NCBI GenBank assembly: GCA_965219415.1
Contig: CBDCNP010000002.1
Span: 1-64,000 of the forward strand
Source of the DNA: Candidatus Marinacidobacterales bacterium
GTDB taxonomy: Bacteria > Acidobacteriota > Vicinamibacteria > Marinacidobacterales > DATDRI01
DNA length: 64,000 nt
Reading direction: 5' to 3'
The translations under genes were made by a program, and so were the position numbers. Below, one piece after another: positions 21,580 to 32,995 of this stretch. The notes beneath the pieces are model-generated. The model had not been told where the DNA came from and did no database searches. It saw nothing but the letters and a program-made list of their open reading frames with translations. Numbering within the stretch: the stretch's first letter is position 1; each line of letters starts with the position of its first letter.

Positions 21580-23941
21580 CTACTCCACCTCGATCGTTAC
21601 TCGTTCGATCTTCCCCGTGAACGGAAACGGAGGTTCGTAGGTCCAGCTCACCGGTGAGCCCCAGTCCTCACCGACGTCCAGTGTCTCGTCATAGGTGAAC
21701 AAGGTCGGCACGGTCTTGTCGATTCGCCCTCGAGCCACCTGCTTGCCGTTGACGGACATGGTGCCCATGCCGCCCTTGCCGCGGCCGCCGCCGTCGTAAA
21801 GGAAGTCGAACCGGAGGGTGGACCTCCCCACCGGCAAGGGTTCTGAAGAGGCGATGGTGTAGCGCTCCAAGGCGAACCAGTTGTAGGCAAATGTCGGCCT
21901 CCCGTTTTGCACCATGAGCACGAAGCCGGCTGGCGAGCCACCGAGGGTCACGATGACTCCTTCTGTCATTCCTTCTCCGGTCTCCAACTCAGCGACAATA
22001 GAGAACGAGCGGTTCTTGATGTCAATCACTCCCTGTTCCGGCATTCGAGAGATGCCGGGCCCGTAGACGACTTTGTTTCCGGTCGTGAGTTGTGGTCCGT
22101 GTCGGGCCATCAGCAGCGCCGCCATATCGTCACGCAGCGGATAGACTTGGTGTTCTTCGGCCTCGTGGTTGAAGAGCTTCTTCAGCTCCGCCAGTTTCTC
22201 CGGGTGGGCCGACGCGAGGTTCTTCGACTGGCCAAAGTCGTCCTGCAGACGGTAGAGCTCCCACTCGTCGTTCGCGAAAACACCCGGGCTCCCCAAGTTT
22301 TTTCCCGTAAAGCCGTGGCGAGTCCCAGCCCACCATCCTTCTTGGTAAATGGCGCGCGTGCCTATCGACTCAAAATGCTGGGTCGTGCGTCTGCTCGGGG
22401 CGTCTCGGCCGTCGAACGTGTAGATCATACTTACGCCTTCGATCGGTTTTTGCTTGATGCCGTTGACGATCTTGGGCTCTGGCAGGCCGGAAGCCTCTAG
22501 GATCGTCGGTAGAATATCGATCAGATGGTGGAACTGTGTGCGCAGGCCGCCGTGGTCCTTGATCCGAGCCGGCCATGAGATCACCATCCCGCTCCGCACG
22601 CCGCCGAGATGAGAAGCCACCGGCTTGCCCCACATGAATGGTGAGCTGGTGGCGTAGGCCCACATTGCGGGCATGGAGCCATAGGAGCGAGGGCCACCCA
22701 GCTCGTCCATGTCCTCGAGCATTTTCTCCAACGGATAGGTGACGCCATTGGTAAACGCCGACTTGTTGTCGCTACCTTGGAGCCCACCTTCCGGGGGTTG
22801 GGCCGTTGTCACCAGGTATATAGATGATGAGTGTGTTGTCCATATCACCGAGCTGCTCGATGGCCTCTATGATGCGACCGACTTGAAAATCGGTATGCTC
22901 GAACGAACCGGAGACAACCTCCATCCACCGGGCACCGACCTTTTTCTCGGTCTCGGTGAGCTCGTCCCAGTGTGGCAAGATCCCTTCGGGCCATGAGCTG
23001 AGCTTGGTATCGGGAGGAACGACTCCGAGTTCGATCTGCCTAGCCAGGGTTCGGTTTCGGAGATTGTCGTAGCCGTCGTCGAACTTCCCTTTGTACTTGG
23101 CGATGAAACTCTTGGGCGCAGCAACCGGCGGCTTGTGAGCCGCAGGCGCCCAGTAGGCAAACCAAGGTTTATCGGGATAAACGGTATTCTGTTGCCGGAT
23201 CCACCGTATCGCCTTATCGGCCATGTCGGCCTCGAAGTGATACCCCTCTTCTGGCCTCTTCGCCGGACGGACGGGCGTGGTGTTCTCCCAAATGGGCGTG
23301 TACCAACTGTTGGCGCCGGCGCCGAAGAAACCGTAGTAGTAGTCGAAACCGAAGCTAGTCGGCCATCGGTCGAACGGTCCTACCGGCGTGATCTCGTAGA
23401 CCGGTGTCAGGTGTGACTTACCGAACCAAGCCGTGGCGTAGCCGTTCTGCCGCAGGATCTCGCCCAACGTCGCGGCGCTTTTCGGAATGATGGCGTTGTA
23501 GCTCGGATGGTCGCTCGCCGTTTCCGGTGTGAAGCCCATTCCGACGGAGTGAGCATTGCGCCCGGTGAGGAGCGCAGCGCGGGATGCCGCACAGACCGCG
23601 TTGGTGTGAAAGTAGTTGTAACGCAGTCCTTCGTTCGCGAGGCGATCGAGTGTGGGCGTCTCGACCGGTCCGCCGAACGTGCCTGGCTGGCCGAAGCCGA
23701 CGTCATCCCCCATGACCAGCAGGACGTTGGGAGCCCCGTTCGGCGCCCGGAGAGATTTATCCTGCGGAGGCAAGACCGTCCGGTCAAGAGTGTCCGAAGC
23801 CACTTGCTCGTTCCCCCAGCCTGCGGCGGGGAGTGCGGCACTCCAAACGGTGAGCCCCAGCAGAGCGACCGTCGCGACAAAGAGAGGCACAAGGCGAGCT
23901 GTCATTCCAACCCTTGCGCCCCGGATACGGCTCATGGGCAT
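21580..23941 (-). pseudogene. Arylsulfatase, frameshifted near 22795
   Basis: DDVGFG, CAASRAALLTGR (FGly motif), FGKSH, GDNG; C-terminal half in ORF 21580..22848. Confidence 0.88.
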
Positions 23942-24122
23942 CGTTTTAGCATAATCTGCGGCTCAAGTTCACGAGCGACGGCAGCATTATGTTGAGTCAG
24001 GACTGCTCGGGGAGGGGCTCTCGGCATTGATGGGTCGGACAAAGGCTAAGGACCCGGTCCTGCTTCTTGACACCCGTATTGCCGAATGACTACTGCCGGT
24101 ACCGCGCCGCGTGTGAAGGCGA

Positions 24123-24872
24123 CTACGGAGAGGACCGTTGCCCGCGCTTTCGGTAGACGAGTAGTCCCAGGCCCGCACCGACGAGCCAAAGGGACCCGGG
24201 TTCCGGCACCCCTTTTCTTCCCCACTCCAGATCGTCGATACCGTAGCGCGAGCCGCCCGGGGCGACGACCCAGAACTTCGCGATGTGCTCGGAGGGGTGG
24301 TCGTTGACGAAGCCGACGAACCGGTAGCGATTCTCGTCGGTCTCCTTGCCACCGATCGACTCGGTCACGCCGTTCGTGAACTGCAGGAAGTAAGTGACGG
24401 GGTTGTCGGTGTCGAACGTGTAGAAACCGAGATAGTCGACGTGGTTCGGAAAGAAGATGGTGGACGCGCCGGAATTGTCTCCCATCCAGGCAAAGAGGTC
24501 GATGGCGAGGGTGCTACCCGGGTTGGCGTCGGACTTGGCGTGCTTGTCACTATCCGCATCGACGTTCGAGAACGTGACGCCGTCGACGAAGACTGCGGCC
24601 GGTTCGTCTTGGACGTCGAAGATCCTGTTGTCAGCCCAGGGATTGCCGAGCCAATCGTTTCCGTCCCAATCCTCTCCGAAGTCGGGGGGCTCGCCGATGG
24701 CCAGGCGCCAGGCGTTGTAGGTGTTGATGTTGTCCGGATCGTCCCAGTTGGGTGAGCCCTTCTCGGACGGTGCCTCGAAGAAAGTGAAATTAGTCGCCAT
24801 CGCGCACGGAACGGTGGCCAACAGGACCGTGACGATGGCGGCGACGCGCAGAGTATGAGTTTTATTAGACAT
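24123..24872 (-). CDS. PEP-CTERM sorting-domain protein
   Basis: Signal peptide; C-terminal VPEPGSLWLVGAGLGLLVYRKR. Confidence 0.92.
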   Translation of the reverse strand: MSNKTHTLRVAAIVTVLLATVPCAMATNFTFFEAPSEKGSPNWDDPDNINTYNAWRLAIGEPPDFGEDWDGNDWLGNPWADNRIFDVQDEPAAVFVDGVTFSNVDADSDKHAKSDANPGSTLAIDLFAWMGDNSGASTIFFPNHVDYLGFYTFDTDNPVTYFLQFTNGVTESIGGKETDENRYRFVGFVNDHPSEHIAKFWVVAPGGSRYGIDDLEWGRKGVPEPGSLWLVGAGLGLLVYRKRGQRSSP

Positions 24873-24884
24873 GGTGAAGGTCAG

Positions 24885-24900
24885 AGCACACACCGTGCCA
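24885..24900 (-). promoter_or_regulatory. Sigma-54 (-24/-12) promoter
   Basis: Minus strand TGGCACGGTGTGTGCT, with GG-N10-GC spacing, directly upstream of the PEP-CTERM gene. Confidence 0.7.
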
Positions 24901-24965
24901 GTTCGGGTTATTCCTTGGAACGCAAGACCTTGTGCGAGTTACGCCAGGGGCGCGGCAGTCTCGTT

Positions 24966-25105
24966 TTGTAAAGTGTGCTGACGGTTTGGGGCTGCCCCGG
25001 GCGCGTCCGTTTCGCTCGATCGGCAGACATCGCAAAGAATTCAACGAGTTTCACCGATTCAACGTAGTCCCGGCCGGATCCGAGACCGTGTAAGCATATC
25101 CGACA
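24966..25105. promoter_or_regulatory. Two putative PEP-CTERM-box (PrsR-type enhancer) sites
   Basis: TGTAAAGTGTGCTGACG (~24967) and TGTAAGCATATCCGACA (~25089), 70-200 bp upstream of the sigma-54 site; similarity to the box is from memory. Confidence 0.45.
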
Positions 25106-25231
25106 AGAAACGTCTGTCCCCATCCATCCGGCACCTGCCAGGTCGCAAAACCAACCCAGCCGCTGTGGCCGCTGAGGAAATTTTGGGCCTTGGTGGTCGC
25201 GGTAGGGCTCGCGACATGCGAATGCCAAACT

Positions 25232-25255
25232 CGAGTAACGAAACGTAACACTTCC
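25232..25255. repeat. Dispersed palindromic repeat, copy 4 (right arm, collapsed centre)
   Basis: CGAGTAACGAAACGTAACACTTCC, 23 of 24 identical to 12214-12237. Confidence 0.75.
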
Positions 25256-25304
25256 ATCTTCTCTCAGGGATTGGCAATTCGCTCCTGGGTTGAAAGTTGA
25301 AAGG

Positions 25305-27254
25305 CTACGTCGGCGGCGCCGGTGGGCGATACCGGAAAGCAAGAAGCGTGATGTCGTCCGACTGCGGAGCGCCCGCAGCGAAACTCTTTACGTCCTCGAG
25401 GGCACTCTCCACGAGTTTTTTCGAGTCCGCATGTTGGTATCGAGCCAACAAATCCTCTACCCGACTTTCTCCGAACATCTGCCCCTCCGCCGTCATCGCC
25501 TCGGTAACGCCATCGGTGTAGAGAAAGAGGCCATCGCCGGGTCGGAGAACCAGCGCATGACCGGAATATTCGGAGTCGGGATTCAGCCCAAGCACCAAAC
25601 CGGACGTCTGCTCCATGGGCGCGACTCCGTTATCACTGGAGAGTAGATAAGGGGGGTTGTGTCCAGCATTAGAGAACGTCAGGTCTCCGCTCTCGAGATC
25701 GACCAGGCCACAAAAGACCGTGACGAACATGCAGGTGTCGTTGTCATGGCTGAGCTGGCGGTTCGCGACGCGCAAAACCTCGTTCGGCGTGAGACCCGCG
25801 CGGGCTGCGGTTTGAATCAGGGTATTTGCCACCGCCATAAAGAGGGCAGCGTGGACTCCTTTGCCCGAGACGTCACCGATAACGAAGAAGAGGCGGCCAC
25901 CCTTAACGAGCTCGAAATTGAAGAAATCGCCGCCGACTTCCTTTGCAGGTTTAATCGTTGCGTGTATGTCAAAGTCTTTCCGTTCCGGAAACGGAGGGAA
26001 GATCTTGGGCATGGTGCTCATCTGAATGTCTCTGGCAACGCGAAGCTCACTCTCGATGCGCTCCTGCGCCGCCGTCGTCTCTTGGAGGTCCCGGATCGAA
26101 TCTTTGAGCTGCTCGGTCATCCGGTTGAACGAGTTTGCCAGGATTCCGATTTCGTTTTTGGCGTTCAGTTCGATTTTCTGACTCAAATCACCTTTGGAGA
26201 TCGTCTGCGTGTAATGCGTCAGCTTCCGGATCGGGTCGGACAGAGTGCGGGCGACCGACTGCGCGGTGACTACAACGGCCGCCAATGTCAGGAGGGTGAT
26301 CAACAAAGAGAGATTCCTGAGCTGTGCGACCGGCTCGAAAGCCTCCTCGGCGTCGATCTTGACGACCATCCCCCATCTCAGGGGGAAGTATCTCCAGATC
26401 GCCAGGACTCTTTCGCCGCGGTAGTCAATCGAGACTCCGGAGCCTTTGCTACCCCGCAGCGCGTCTTGAAGCGGTTTCGCGTTCGGCCCCTCTAACGGGA
26501 TCCTTTTGAAGGCTGCATCCGGGTCATGCCTGGTAGGTGCCAAGAAGACGATCTCACCGCGCTGCACAGCCCCAACGACGGTCTCACCGGTGCGTCCTAG
26601 CCCGGTGTAGTCGTTTATGATTCGAAAGACGTCCTCGTTATTCATGACCAGAGCGACCGCCCCAACCACCAGCCGATCTTTGAACGCCGGGGCGGCGATG
26701 AAGGCGGCGGGCTCGCCGTACGGCGGATACAGATCGAAGGTGGAGATGTCGGTCTCGAGAAAGGTGCTCGCCCGCCTGAAAACATGCGCGAGAGAAGTGC
26801 CCTCGAGCTCACCGTTCTCTAGACTCTGACCCAGCTCCGAGCCCCCACCAACCGTGAAGAGAACGTTACCCTTCCGCGAAATCAAAAACAGGTCTTGATA
26901 GCGCGCGGACTCCGTGTAGTAGGCGAAAAAACCATGATACGAGCGTGCCAACTCTTCGTATTCCGCCGAGTCGTACCCGTATCTTTTCCACGCGCGAGTC
27001 AGCTTCTCAATCGCCTCCCCGGTGAGCGGTGTTTTCGCCAGCGTCGTGACATCCCGCTGTCGTTCGAGAACGTAGTTCTCGATCTGCTTGATCTGTCGGT
27101 TCGCTGCGGACGAAAGTTCATAGTAGGCCTGCTCCTCGAGCGAGTTCACGGAACTGCGGTAAGTGAGAAATGTGGCCACAAACAACGGTATGAGTCCGAT
27201 CATCAGGAACCACCGAAGCATCTGACTCGCGAGCCTTTCTCTTTTGAAGATCAT
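25305..27254 (-). CDS. Membrane SpoIIE/RsbU (PP2C) phosphatase with Cache and HAMP domains
   Basis: Two TM helices, HAMP (NEIGILANSFNRM), VGGDFF, GDVSGKG, YTDGVTEA, DDITL; ATGA overlap with the upstream gene. Confidence 0.9.
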   Translation of the reverse strand: MIFKRERLASQMLRWFLMIGLIPLFVATFLTYRSSVNSLEEQAYYELSSAANRQIKQIENYVLERQRDVTTLAKTPLTGEAIEKLTRAWKRYGYDSAEYEELARSYHGFFAYYTESARYQDLFLISRKGNVLFTVGGGSELGQSLENGELEGTSLAHVFRRASTFLETDISTFDLYPPYGEPAAFIAAPAFKDRLVVGAVALVMNNEDVFRIINDYTGLGRTGETVVGAVQRGEIVFLAPTRHDPDAAFKRIPLEGPNAKPLQDALRGSKGSGVSIDYRGERVLAIWRYFPLRWGMVVKIDAEEAFEPVAQLRNLSLLITLLTLAAVVVTAQSVARTLSDPIRKLTHYTQTISKGDLSQKIELNAKNEIGILANSFNRMTEQLKDSIRDLQETTAAQERIESELRVARDIQMSTMPKIFPPFPERKDFDIHATIKPAKEVGGDFFNFELVKGGRLFFVIGDVSGKGVHAALFMAVANTLIQTAARAGLTPNEVLRVANRQLSHDNDTCMFVTVFCGLVDLESGDLTFSNAGHNPPYLLSSDNGVAPMEQTSGLVLGLNPDSEYSGHALVLRPGDGLFLYTDGVTEAMTAEGQMFGESRVEDLLARYQHADSKKLVESALEDVKSFAAGAPQSDDITLLAFRYRPPAPPT

Positions 27255-28525
27255 GACTCTGTCTCCGGATTGGCCCACCGTCCGCCCCACAGTTGATACA
27301 AGCTCTCGACCCGATCGAGCCAATCGGAGCGGGATCGGTGGAATGGAAACGGAATCGGACGAACCGGCTCTTCGGAGCTCCATTGGATACGAAATTGTCC
27401 GTCTTCCATGATCTGGCCTATACGAACGACCTTCCATGTGTGTTGATTGATCGCGTCGACATAGACTATCCCTCCTGGTGCCCGATAGCTTTGCCCAACT
27501 ACCGCCCCGCGAACCGCTGAGACTTCTTCCGTCTGCGCGTCCCGCACCGCGTTGGCCCAGAGATGCACGCTCGAGTATGCGGAATCCAACGGATCGCTTG
27601 TGACCCGCTCCGCCCCGAAGCGTTTCTTGAACCGGGCAACGAACTCTTGGTTCTCTGGAGTGGGCACACTCTGGAAATAGTTCCAGGCTGCGTAGTCTCC
27701 TGCCATTTTTCTGGCATCATCCCCCATGTTCACCAGCTCCTGTTCGGCGATGCTGAAAGACATTGTAGGGATTTCAGCGGGCGCAATTCCCGCGTCGCGC
27801 AGCACGCTGAAGAACGCGACGTTGGTGGAGCCGTTGATGGTGTTGAAGATCACGTCGGGATGCGTTTCTTCGATCTTCCTCACAACGCCGTTTACATCAT
27901 TGGACCCGAGAGGGAGATATTCCTCTCCCACGACTTCGCCGTGAAGCGCGGAAACGATATCGTTGATGATGAGGTTCGCCATGCGAGGGAAAATATAGTC
28001 GGAGCCGACAAGAAAGACTCGCCGGCCAAGCGTGTTCATGCTCCAATTCACAGCGGGGACGATCTGTTGATTCGGCGCAGCGCCGGTGTACACGATGTTA
28101 GGGGAGCTCTCCATACCCTCGTATTGAAGAGGATAGAACAGCAAATGGTCATTCGCTTCGACGACGCGTTGGACCGCCTTCCGACTGGCGGAGGTCCAGC
28201 AGCCAAACATAGCGCTGACCCTCTCCTCGGTGATCAACGTCTCCGCCTCTCGAGCAAAGGCCAATTCGTTCGAGCGACCGTCTGCACGAATGATCTCGAT
28301 GCGCCTTCCGAGCAGACCTCCCGCTTCGTTGATTTCTTCGACGGCGAGGGTCACGGCATCCGCGACGGCACTCTCGCTGTCTTTCATCGTGCCGGTGAAC
28401 GAATGAAGCAGACCTACCTTAATTGGCTCAGTGACGGTGGAGGTCCATTCCAGAAAATAGAGCCCGGCCGAACCGAGGAGAAGCAAGAGGGCGATCGCGC
28501 CCAGGTTTTTTTTGTTCATGGGCAT
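27251..28525 (-). CDS. urtA: UrtA/AmiC-like urea/amide periplasmic binding protein
   Basis: IKVGLLHSFTGTM, FGCWTSASRK, LFYPLQYEG, GAAPNQQ, GSDYIFPR. Confidence 0.85.
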   Translation of the reverse strand: MPMNKKNLGAIALLLLLGSAGLYFLEWTSTVTEPIKVGLLHSFTGTMKDSESAVADAVTLAVEEINEAGGLLGRRIEIIRADGRSNELAFAREAETLITEERVSAMFGCWTSASRKAVQRVVEANDHLLFYPLQYEGMESSPNIVYTGAAPNQQIVPAVNWSMNTLGRRVFLVGSDYIFPRMANLIINDIVSALHGEVVGEEYLPLGSNDVNGVVRKIEETHPDVIFNTINGSTNVAFFSVLRDAGIAPAEIPTMSFSIAEQELVNMGDDARKMAGDYAAWNYFQSVPTPENQEFVARFKKRFGAERVTSDPLDSAYSSVHLWANAVRDAQTEEVSAVRGAVVGQSYRAPGGIVYVDAINQHTWKVVRIGQIMEDGQFRIQWSSEEPVRPIPFPFHRSRSDWLDRVESLYQLWGGRWANPETES

Positions 28526-28917
28526 AGCTCCAACACAGAGTTCAGCGTCCGGAAAGGCTCGAGCTACGTTCCCGGGTGCGCCAAGCCCCGCCGATGGCGG
28601 GTCCGGATACAGGACACGCAGGACGCTGACCAGGGCATTCTATCGGCATGTCGAGGTTTTCGCAGGGTGCGCGGTTCTAGCGTACAAGGTGCGTCCGCCG
28701 GGAGCCCGAGCGGCGCGTCCAGAGTGCGTTCCGAGGCTCGACTCCGAACTCCCTTGAAACGCATGGATTCCTCACCAGAAGCATCCACTGGCACGACCTC
28801 TTCTCTCCTGGCATACTGGTCTCATCGCACCCCCCCTTTACTAAGAACTTTGGCCTGGCCGATGTGGCATTTGCCAGTCAAAAGGAAGTCTTTGCGGCTC
28901 GGAAGGAAGGTCGAATG

Positions 28918-29443
28918 AGATGTGTATGGAGATTGGTGGTGTGAACCTGATGCTTCCCATTGGTGTGTCCGGGGAGGCAGAAATCCTTTTGGTTCGGCCC
29001 CAGCATGTTGCGGACCTTTAGAAATAGGGTCTCATTGCCTTTCAGGCGGATGGTCGGACCGGGCGATGTCCCGTTGTAGCTAAACAGAAAGGGTTCCACG
29101 TCGCCCGTCTCTGCATCACCGAATACCGCTTTTGGGGCGGCGTGCTTCACGAGATTCAAGGTGAAGCTGCTGTCCGGGCCAATCGCTCGGCCGCCATTCC
29201 CAGGGCTCTACCCAGTTGTCTTCGAGATTTGCTCGGGTCCCTGCCGCCCCTTTTTGTGCGGCGTCCGAAACACCCCCCGGCGGTCGCGCCGCCGCCTCGG
29301 CGTTTGAGGACTTAGAAGTCCCCCGCTACTAGGGCGGCCGCACCGGCCACGGAGAGTTTTAGGAAATGACGGCGGCCGGGACTCGTCGTTTCCTCCACTG
29401 GTTGCGCATCTGGATCCCTGTGAAGATTCCCTTTATCCGACAT
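28918..29443 (-). pseudogene. Multicopper oxidase 5' fragment, frameshifted and truncated
   Basis: Tat signal PGRRHFLKLSVAGAAAL from ATG at 29443; YNGTSPGPTIR and TTNLHTH copper motif, after which the similarity ends. Confidence 0.75.
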
Positions 29444-29812
29444 ACCAACGTGCTCCTAGTCGCGTGCTTCGTTCAATTGTGTCCCTAACGGTCAATCACC
29501 GGAGTGCCCCCGCCTGAGCAGCCGAGCAACAAACATGACATGAGTCACCAGGCGTAGTGGCACCCAAAATGTCGGAAGGTACCAAGTGGCCCCGAAATAG
29601 GGCTCAGGACCAGCTGCAGGCCGAAGATGGCTAGCGCATCCATCGGTTCGTTCCTCCCTATTTCGTATCAATGCATATACCACGAATACGCCGAAAATTG
29701 ATTGTGCTGGCAGGCAGCGGTAAAACGCGATCGATTCTCGGACATCTCGGTGTGCCTACTCGCTGGCGACACTTGGTTGATCAGCCGAAGCCTTTCGAAA
29801 TAATCTGACGAA

Positions 29813-30358
29813 ATGAGCTGGCCTGTGCTCGCCGTGCTAATCGCGCTGATCATCGCGGTCACCTATTTCGTCATCAGCCGTGCCGGTATCTACCGTCCGC
29901 TCTTCACCCCTGAGCACTACGGTGAGGTTGCGAGACTTCTCGTCGGGCTTCGAGAATCTGCCCTTAGGGAGCTGATGGCGGGCGCGACGCCTGATTCCCA
30001 TCCGCCCGCGGTCGTCAGCTCAGCCGGCCTCGCACTCTCCTACTCGATTGCGCGGGAAGACGAACTCTTCGTCCATCACTTTGCCATTAGCCTTCCTGCT
30101 CATATCACACCTCATGCGGTCGGGGATCGCTTCGCCCTGTTTCTAGCGAACCGCCTGGGTGTACCAACTGATCAGGTGCGTCTTGGGGCGAGTCAGTCGA
30201 CCGTGCACCATATGGAGTTCGGTGTGGACGAGAAGGAGAACAATGACATCGCGACGCGTCCTATTGGGCCACCCTCGGAGAACGAACTGGAAGAACTCAG
30301 GTTCAACAAACATCGCGTCCCGTGTCACCCGATGGACACAATCGATACACTAGACTAG
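29813..30358 (+). CDS. Hypothetical protein with N-terminal membrane anchor
   Basis: 181-aa ORF with a hydrophobic N-terminus. Confidence 0.55.
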   Translation: MSWPVLAVLIALIIAVTYFVISRAGIYRPLFTPEHYGEVARLLVGLRESALRELMAGATPDSHPPAVVSSAGLALSYSIAREDELFVHHFAISLPAHITPHAVGDRFALFLANRLGVPTDQVRLGASQSTVHHMEFGVDEKENNDIATRPIGPPSENELEELRFNKHRVPCHPMDTIDTLD

Positions 30359-30436
30359 CGCAAACCGACGATCACAGTTTCAAGACACCTATCAAGAGTC
30401 CACTTTCGTGCGCAGTCGGTGACGCCGAGATCGAAA

Positions 30437-31012
30437 TTATCCCGAAAAGCGCCGAGGTTTCCTACGAGCCGTCACTACTTTTGTCGGACGGGTCCGCTCG
30501 CTGCCTTCTTGAGGGCCTGCACACTCTCGTCCGACCCGGCACCCGCCGCCAGGATGGGGGGGCAGCCGGCGCCTTACCGGTGACGATTGAATGATGGAGG
30601 TGTTGGTCATCGCATACGGAATGATGTGGTCGATGAGCTCCTCCAGGTCCTTGACCGAGCGGACGTGAGCCTTGGCGATGAAGCAATCCTCGCCGGTGAT
30701 CCGGTCGCATTCGACCACTGCGGCGAGGCCTTGCAGAACGCTGGCAACCTTCTGCAATTTCCCCGGGATGGGCCTGATCCTGAGATACGCGGATAGCGGC
30801 AGGCCCAGGGCCTGTGGATTGATCTTCGCGGTGTAACCCTGGATGACGTCCGCTTCTTCTAGGCGACGCACGCGCTCCGCCACGCTCGGCGGCGATAACC
30901 CGATGGCCCGCGAGAGCTCGGCGATGCTGATGCGGGCGTCTTCGGTTAGCGCGCTCAGGATCTGCGTGTCGATTTCATCGAGTGGGCCATTTTCGTATCG
31001 AAGGCGTTTCAT
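30437..31012 (-). CDS. Lrp/AsnC-family regulator; C-terminus possibly extended by a lost stop
   Basis: LDEIDTQILSALTEDARISIAELSRAIGLSPPSVAERVRRLE, ECDRITGEDC. Confidence 0.9.
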   Translation of the reverse strand: MKRLRYENGPLDEIDTQILSALTEDARISIAELSRAIGLSPPSVAERVRRLEEADVIQGYTAKINPQALGLPLSAYLRIRPIPGKLQKVASVLQGLAAVVECDRITGEDCFIAKAHVRSVKDLEELIDHIIPYAMTNTSIIQSSPVRRRLPPHPGGGCRVGRECAGPQEGSERTRPTKVVTARRKPRRFSG

Positions 31013-31092
31013 TTCTTACTCCTACGTATTAAACGTTTGCTCCCACGACCATGTTTCGAACAGTATTCCATTGGCGCATTATACCTCCTATC

Positions 31093-32163
31093 ATGACGGC
31101 GGGAAAACCGAATCCATCAGTTTCACGAAGGCCGCTGCGGTCGTTCCGCCCCATGCCTGGTTCAGCGTCAGCGCCGTCTTTCATTACCTCGGTCCTTCCT
31201 TTGCGGTCCTATTGTTCCCAGCCGTAGGCGTCCTCGGCGTCGCGTGGCTGCGGATCGCATCGGCCGCGACCATGTTCGCCCCTTGGACCCGTCCCTGGCG
31301 CACCTTCGCACGGGCCGACCGCCGGACGCGGGTGCTCTTATTGACCTTGGGCGCGTCTCTAGCATTCATGAACAGCGCGTTTTATTTGGCTCTCGATCGG
31401 CTGCCGATCAGCCTCGTCGCGGCCATCGAGTTCGTCGGCACGATCGCGATCGCGCTCTACGGCCTTGAGGAACGGACGCAATGTCGCCGCTCTGACGCTC
31501 GCAGTTGTGGGCGTGTTCGTTTTGATCGATGTGAAGTGGTCGAGCGATCCGCTGGGACTCTTCTGGGCCTTCCTCAACGCGGCATTTTTTGCCGGCTATG
31601 TCGTGTTGGGCCACCGAATCTCGCAGTCGGGGGCGAGCGGTGGCGTCGAACGTTTAGGCGCGGCCATGTTTGTGGCGTTCGTCTTCGTGATGCCAATCGG
31701 TTTCGTCCAAGCGTTTAAGGCTTTCAGTGCTCCGACGCTCGTTCTGGCTGGCATTGGGGTCGGTATCTGCTCTTCGGTCATCCCCTACATCTGCGATCAA
31801 CTCGCCATGTCGCGTCTGCCCCGCGCCAGCTTCGCGCTGCTACTGGCGCTGTTACCGGCGACGGCCACGATTGTGGGTGTAACCGTACTAGCTCAGATTC
31901 CCAGCCCGAAAGATGTTCTTGGCGTCATCTTGGTTATGGCGGGGGTCGCGGTCCATAAAACACCACGGATTGCGAAAGTCAGCGAAACACAGAACGCCGA
32001 GAACTCGGTTCTCCATCGAGAGATTTATAAGGAGATAAAGGAAGCTGACCAATACTCCCAACAAGCCCACGGAGTTCGTGAAGATGATGTATTTCGCATC
32101 GGACGGTGGGGTTTCTGGAATCACGCCGAGATGCTTCAGTTCGTGCAAGGCATCACGAAGTGA
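31093..32163 (+). pseudogene. EamA/DMT (RhtA-like) exporter, frameshifted
   Basis: VPPHAWFSVSAVFHYLGPSFAV...AIEFVG in one frame; SSVIPYICDQLAM in the next; divergent from Lrp. Confidence 0.82.
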
Positions 32164-32326
32164 CATGGTTTCGATTCCGGCGTCCAAGGAGGGTTTCCAG
32201 ACCTCCCGATCAAACTGCCCAGTAGTAGGCGTCAGAATAGTCCTTCTCCCTGGGATGCGCCAGAAGTGACCAGTCGAACTTTCAGCACGACTGAGTTACG
32301 ATCTTTCTAGGAGTCACATTCCATTT

Positions 32327-32848
32327 ATGACGTTTGGCGCAGATCGCCTCAAGCAGGTTTCCTTGTTGTCGCTGGCAGCGTATATCTTTGTTCTTGCTTT
32401 GGCGGCCAAAGGGGTCTTCCTCTACGGGTCCCAGCACCCACCGAAAGAAGGTTTGCTTGTCGTCCGAGGTGTTGTGAAGCAAGTGCGACTCGGCGGTCGT
32501 GGCAATTCGACCCGGTTTCGGATCGAATCGGATGGAGGCACTTTCCGTTATTCCTCTTATTACGGAAAAGTGTGGCCGGGGATGGAGCGTATCCAGCCTG
32601 AAGAGCGCGTCCAGGTCCTCGCCGAAAGAAACAAGCTCAATAAGAACGAGCTACTCAGCGGCAAACAGTACTATATTTGGGAGCTGATTCACGACAATCA
32701 GGTCATCGTTGCCTATGACGATGTTCGGGAATTAGTTGAAGGAAAAGAGGCGATCGCGAATCGATACGCCAGCGGTGCCTTAGCCGCCAGCGCCGTCTTC
32801 ATCCTCATCGCCTGTATACGCAAGGCGTTTCTCAATCGAGAGGAATAG
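32327..32848 (+). CDS. Hypothetical membrane protein
   Basis: 173 aa with N- and C-terminal TM segments. Confidence 0.6.
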   Translation: MTFGADRLKQVSLLSLAAYIFVLALAAKGVFLYGSQHPPKEGLLVVRGVVKQVRLGGRGNSTRFRIESDGGTFRYSSYYGKVWPGMERIQPEERVQVLAERNKLNKNELLSGKQYYIWELIHDNQVIVAYDDVRELVEGKEAIANRYASGALAASAVFILIACIRKAFLNREE

Positions 32849-32995
32849 ACGACGATGCGGTCCGGATTGAGCTCCTCGTAGCGAGGAGTTCGTTCCATTG
32901 CTGTCGTTCGATTTGTAAGGGAGAAAGGAGTGCTCGTAGCCAGTCCCCGTACCACAAGCTTGCTAGCTCCCAGTGTAACATGTTAAAGGAGTCGC

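Noticed and set aside
29200-29443. Second hairpin-rich ncRNA candidate
   Set aside because: The minus strand encodes the Tat signal peptide and N-terminus of the multicopper oxidase pseudogene.
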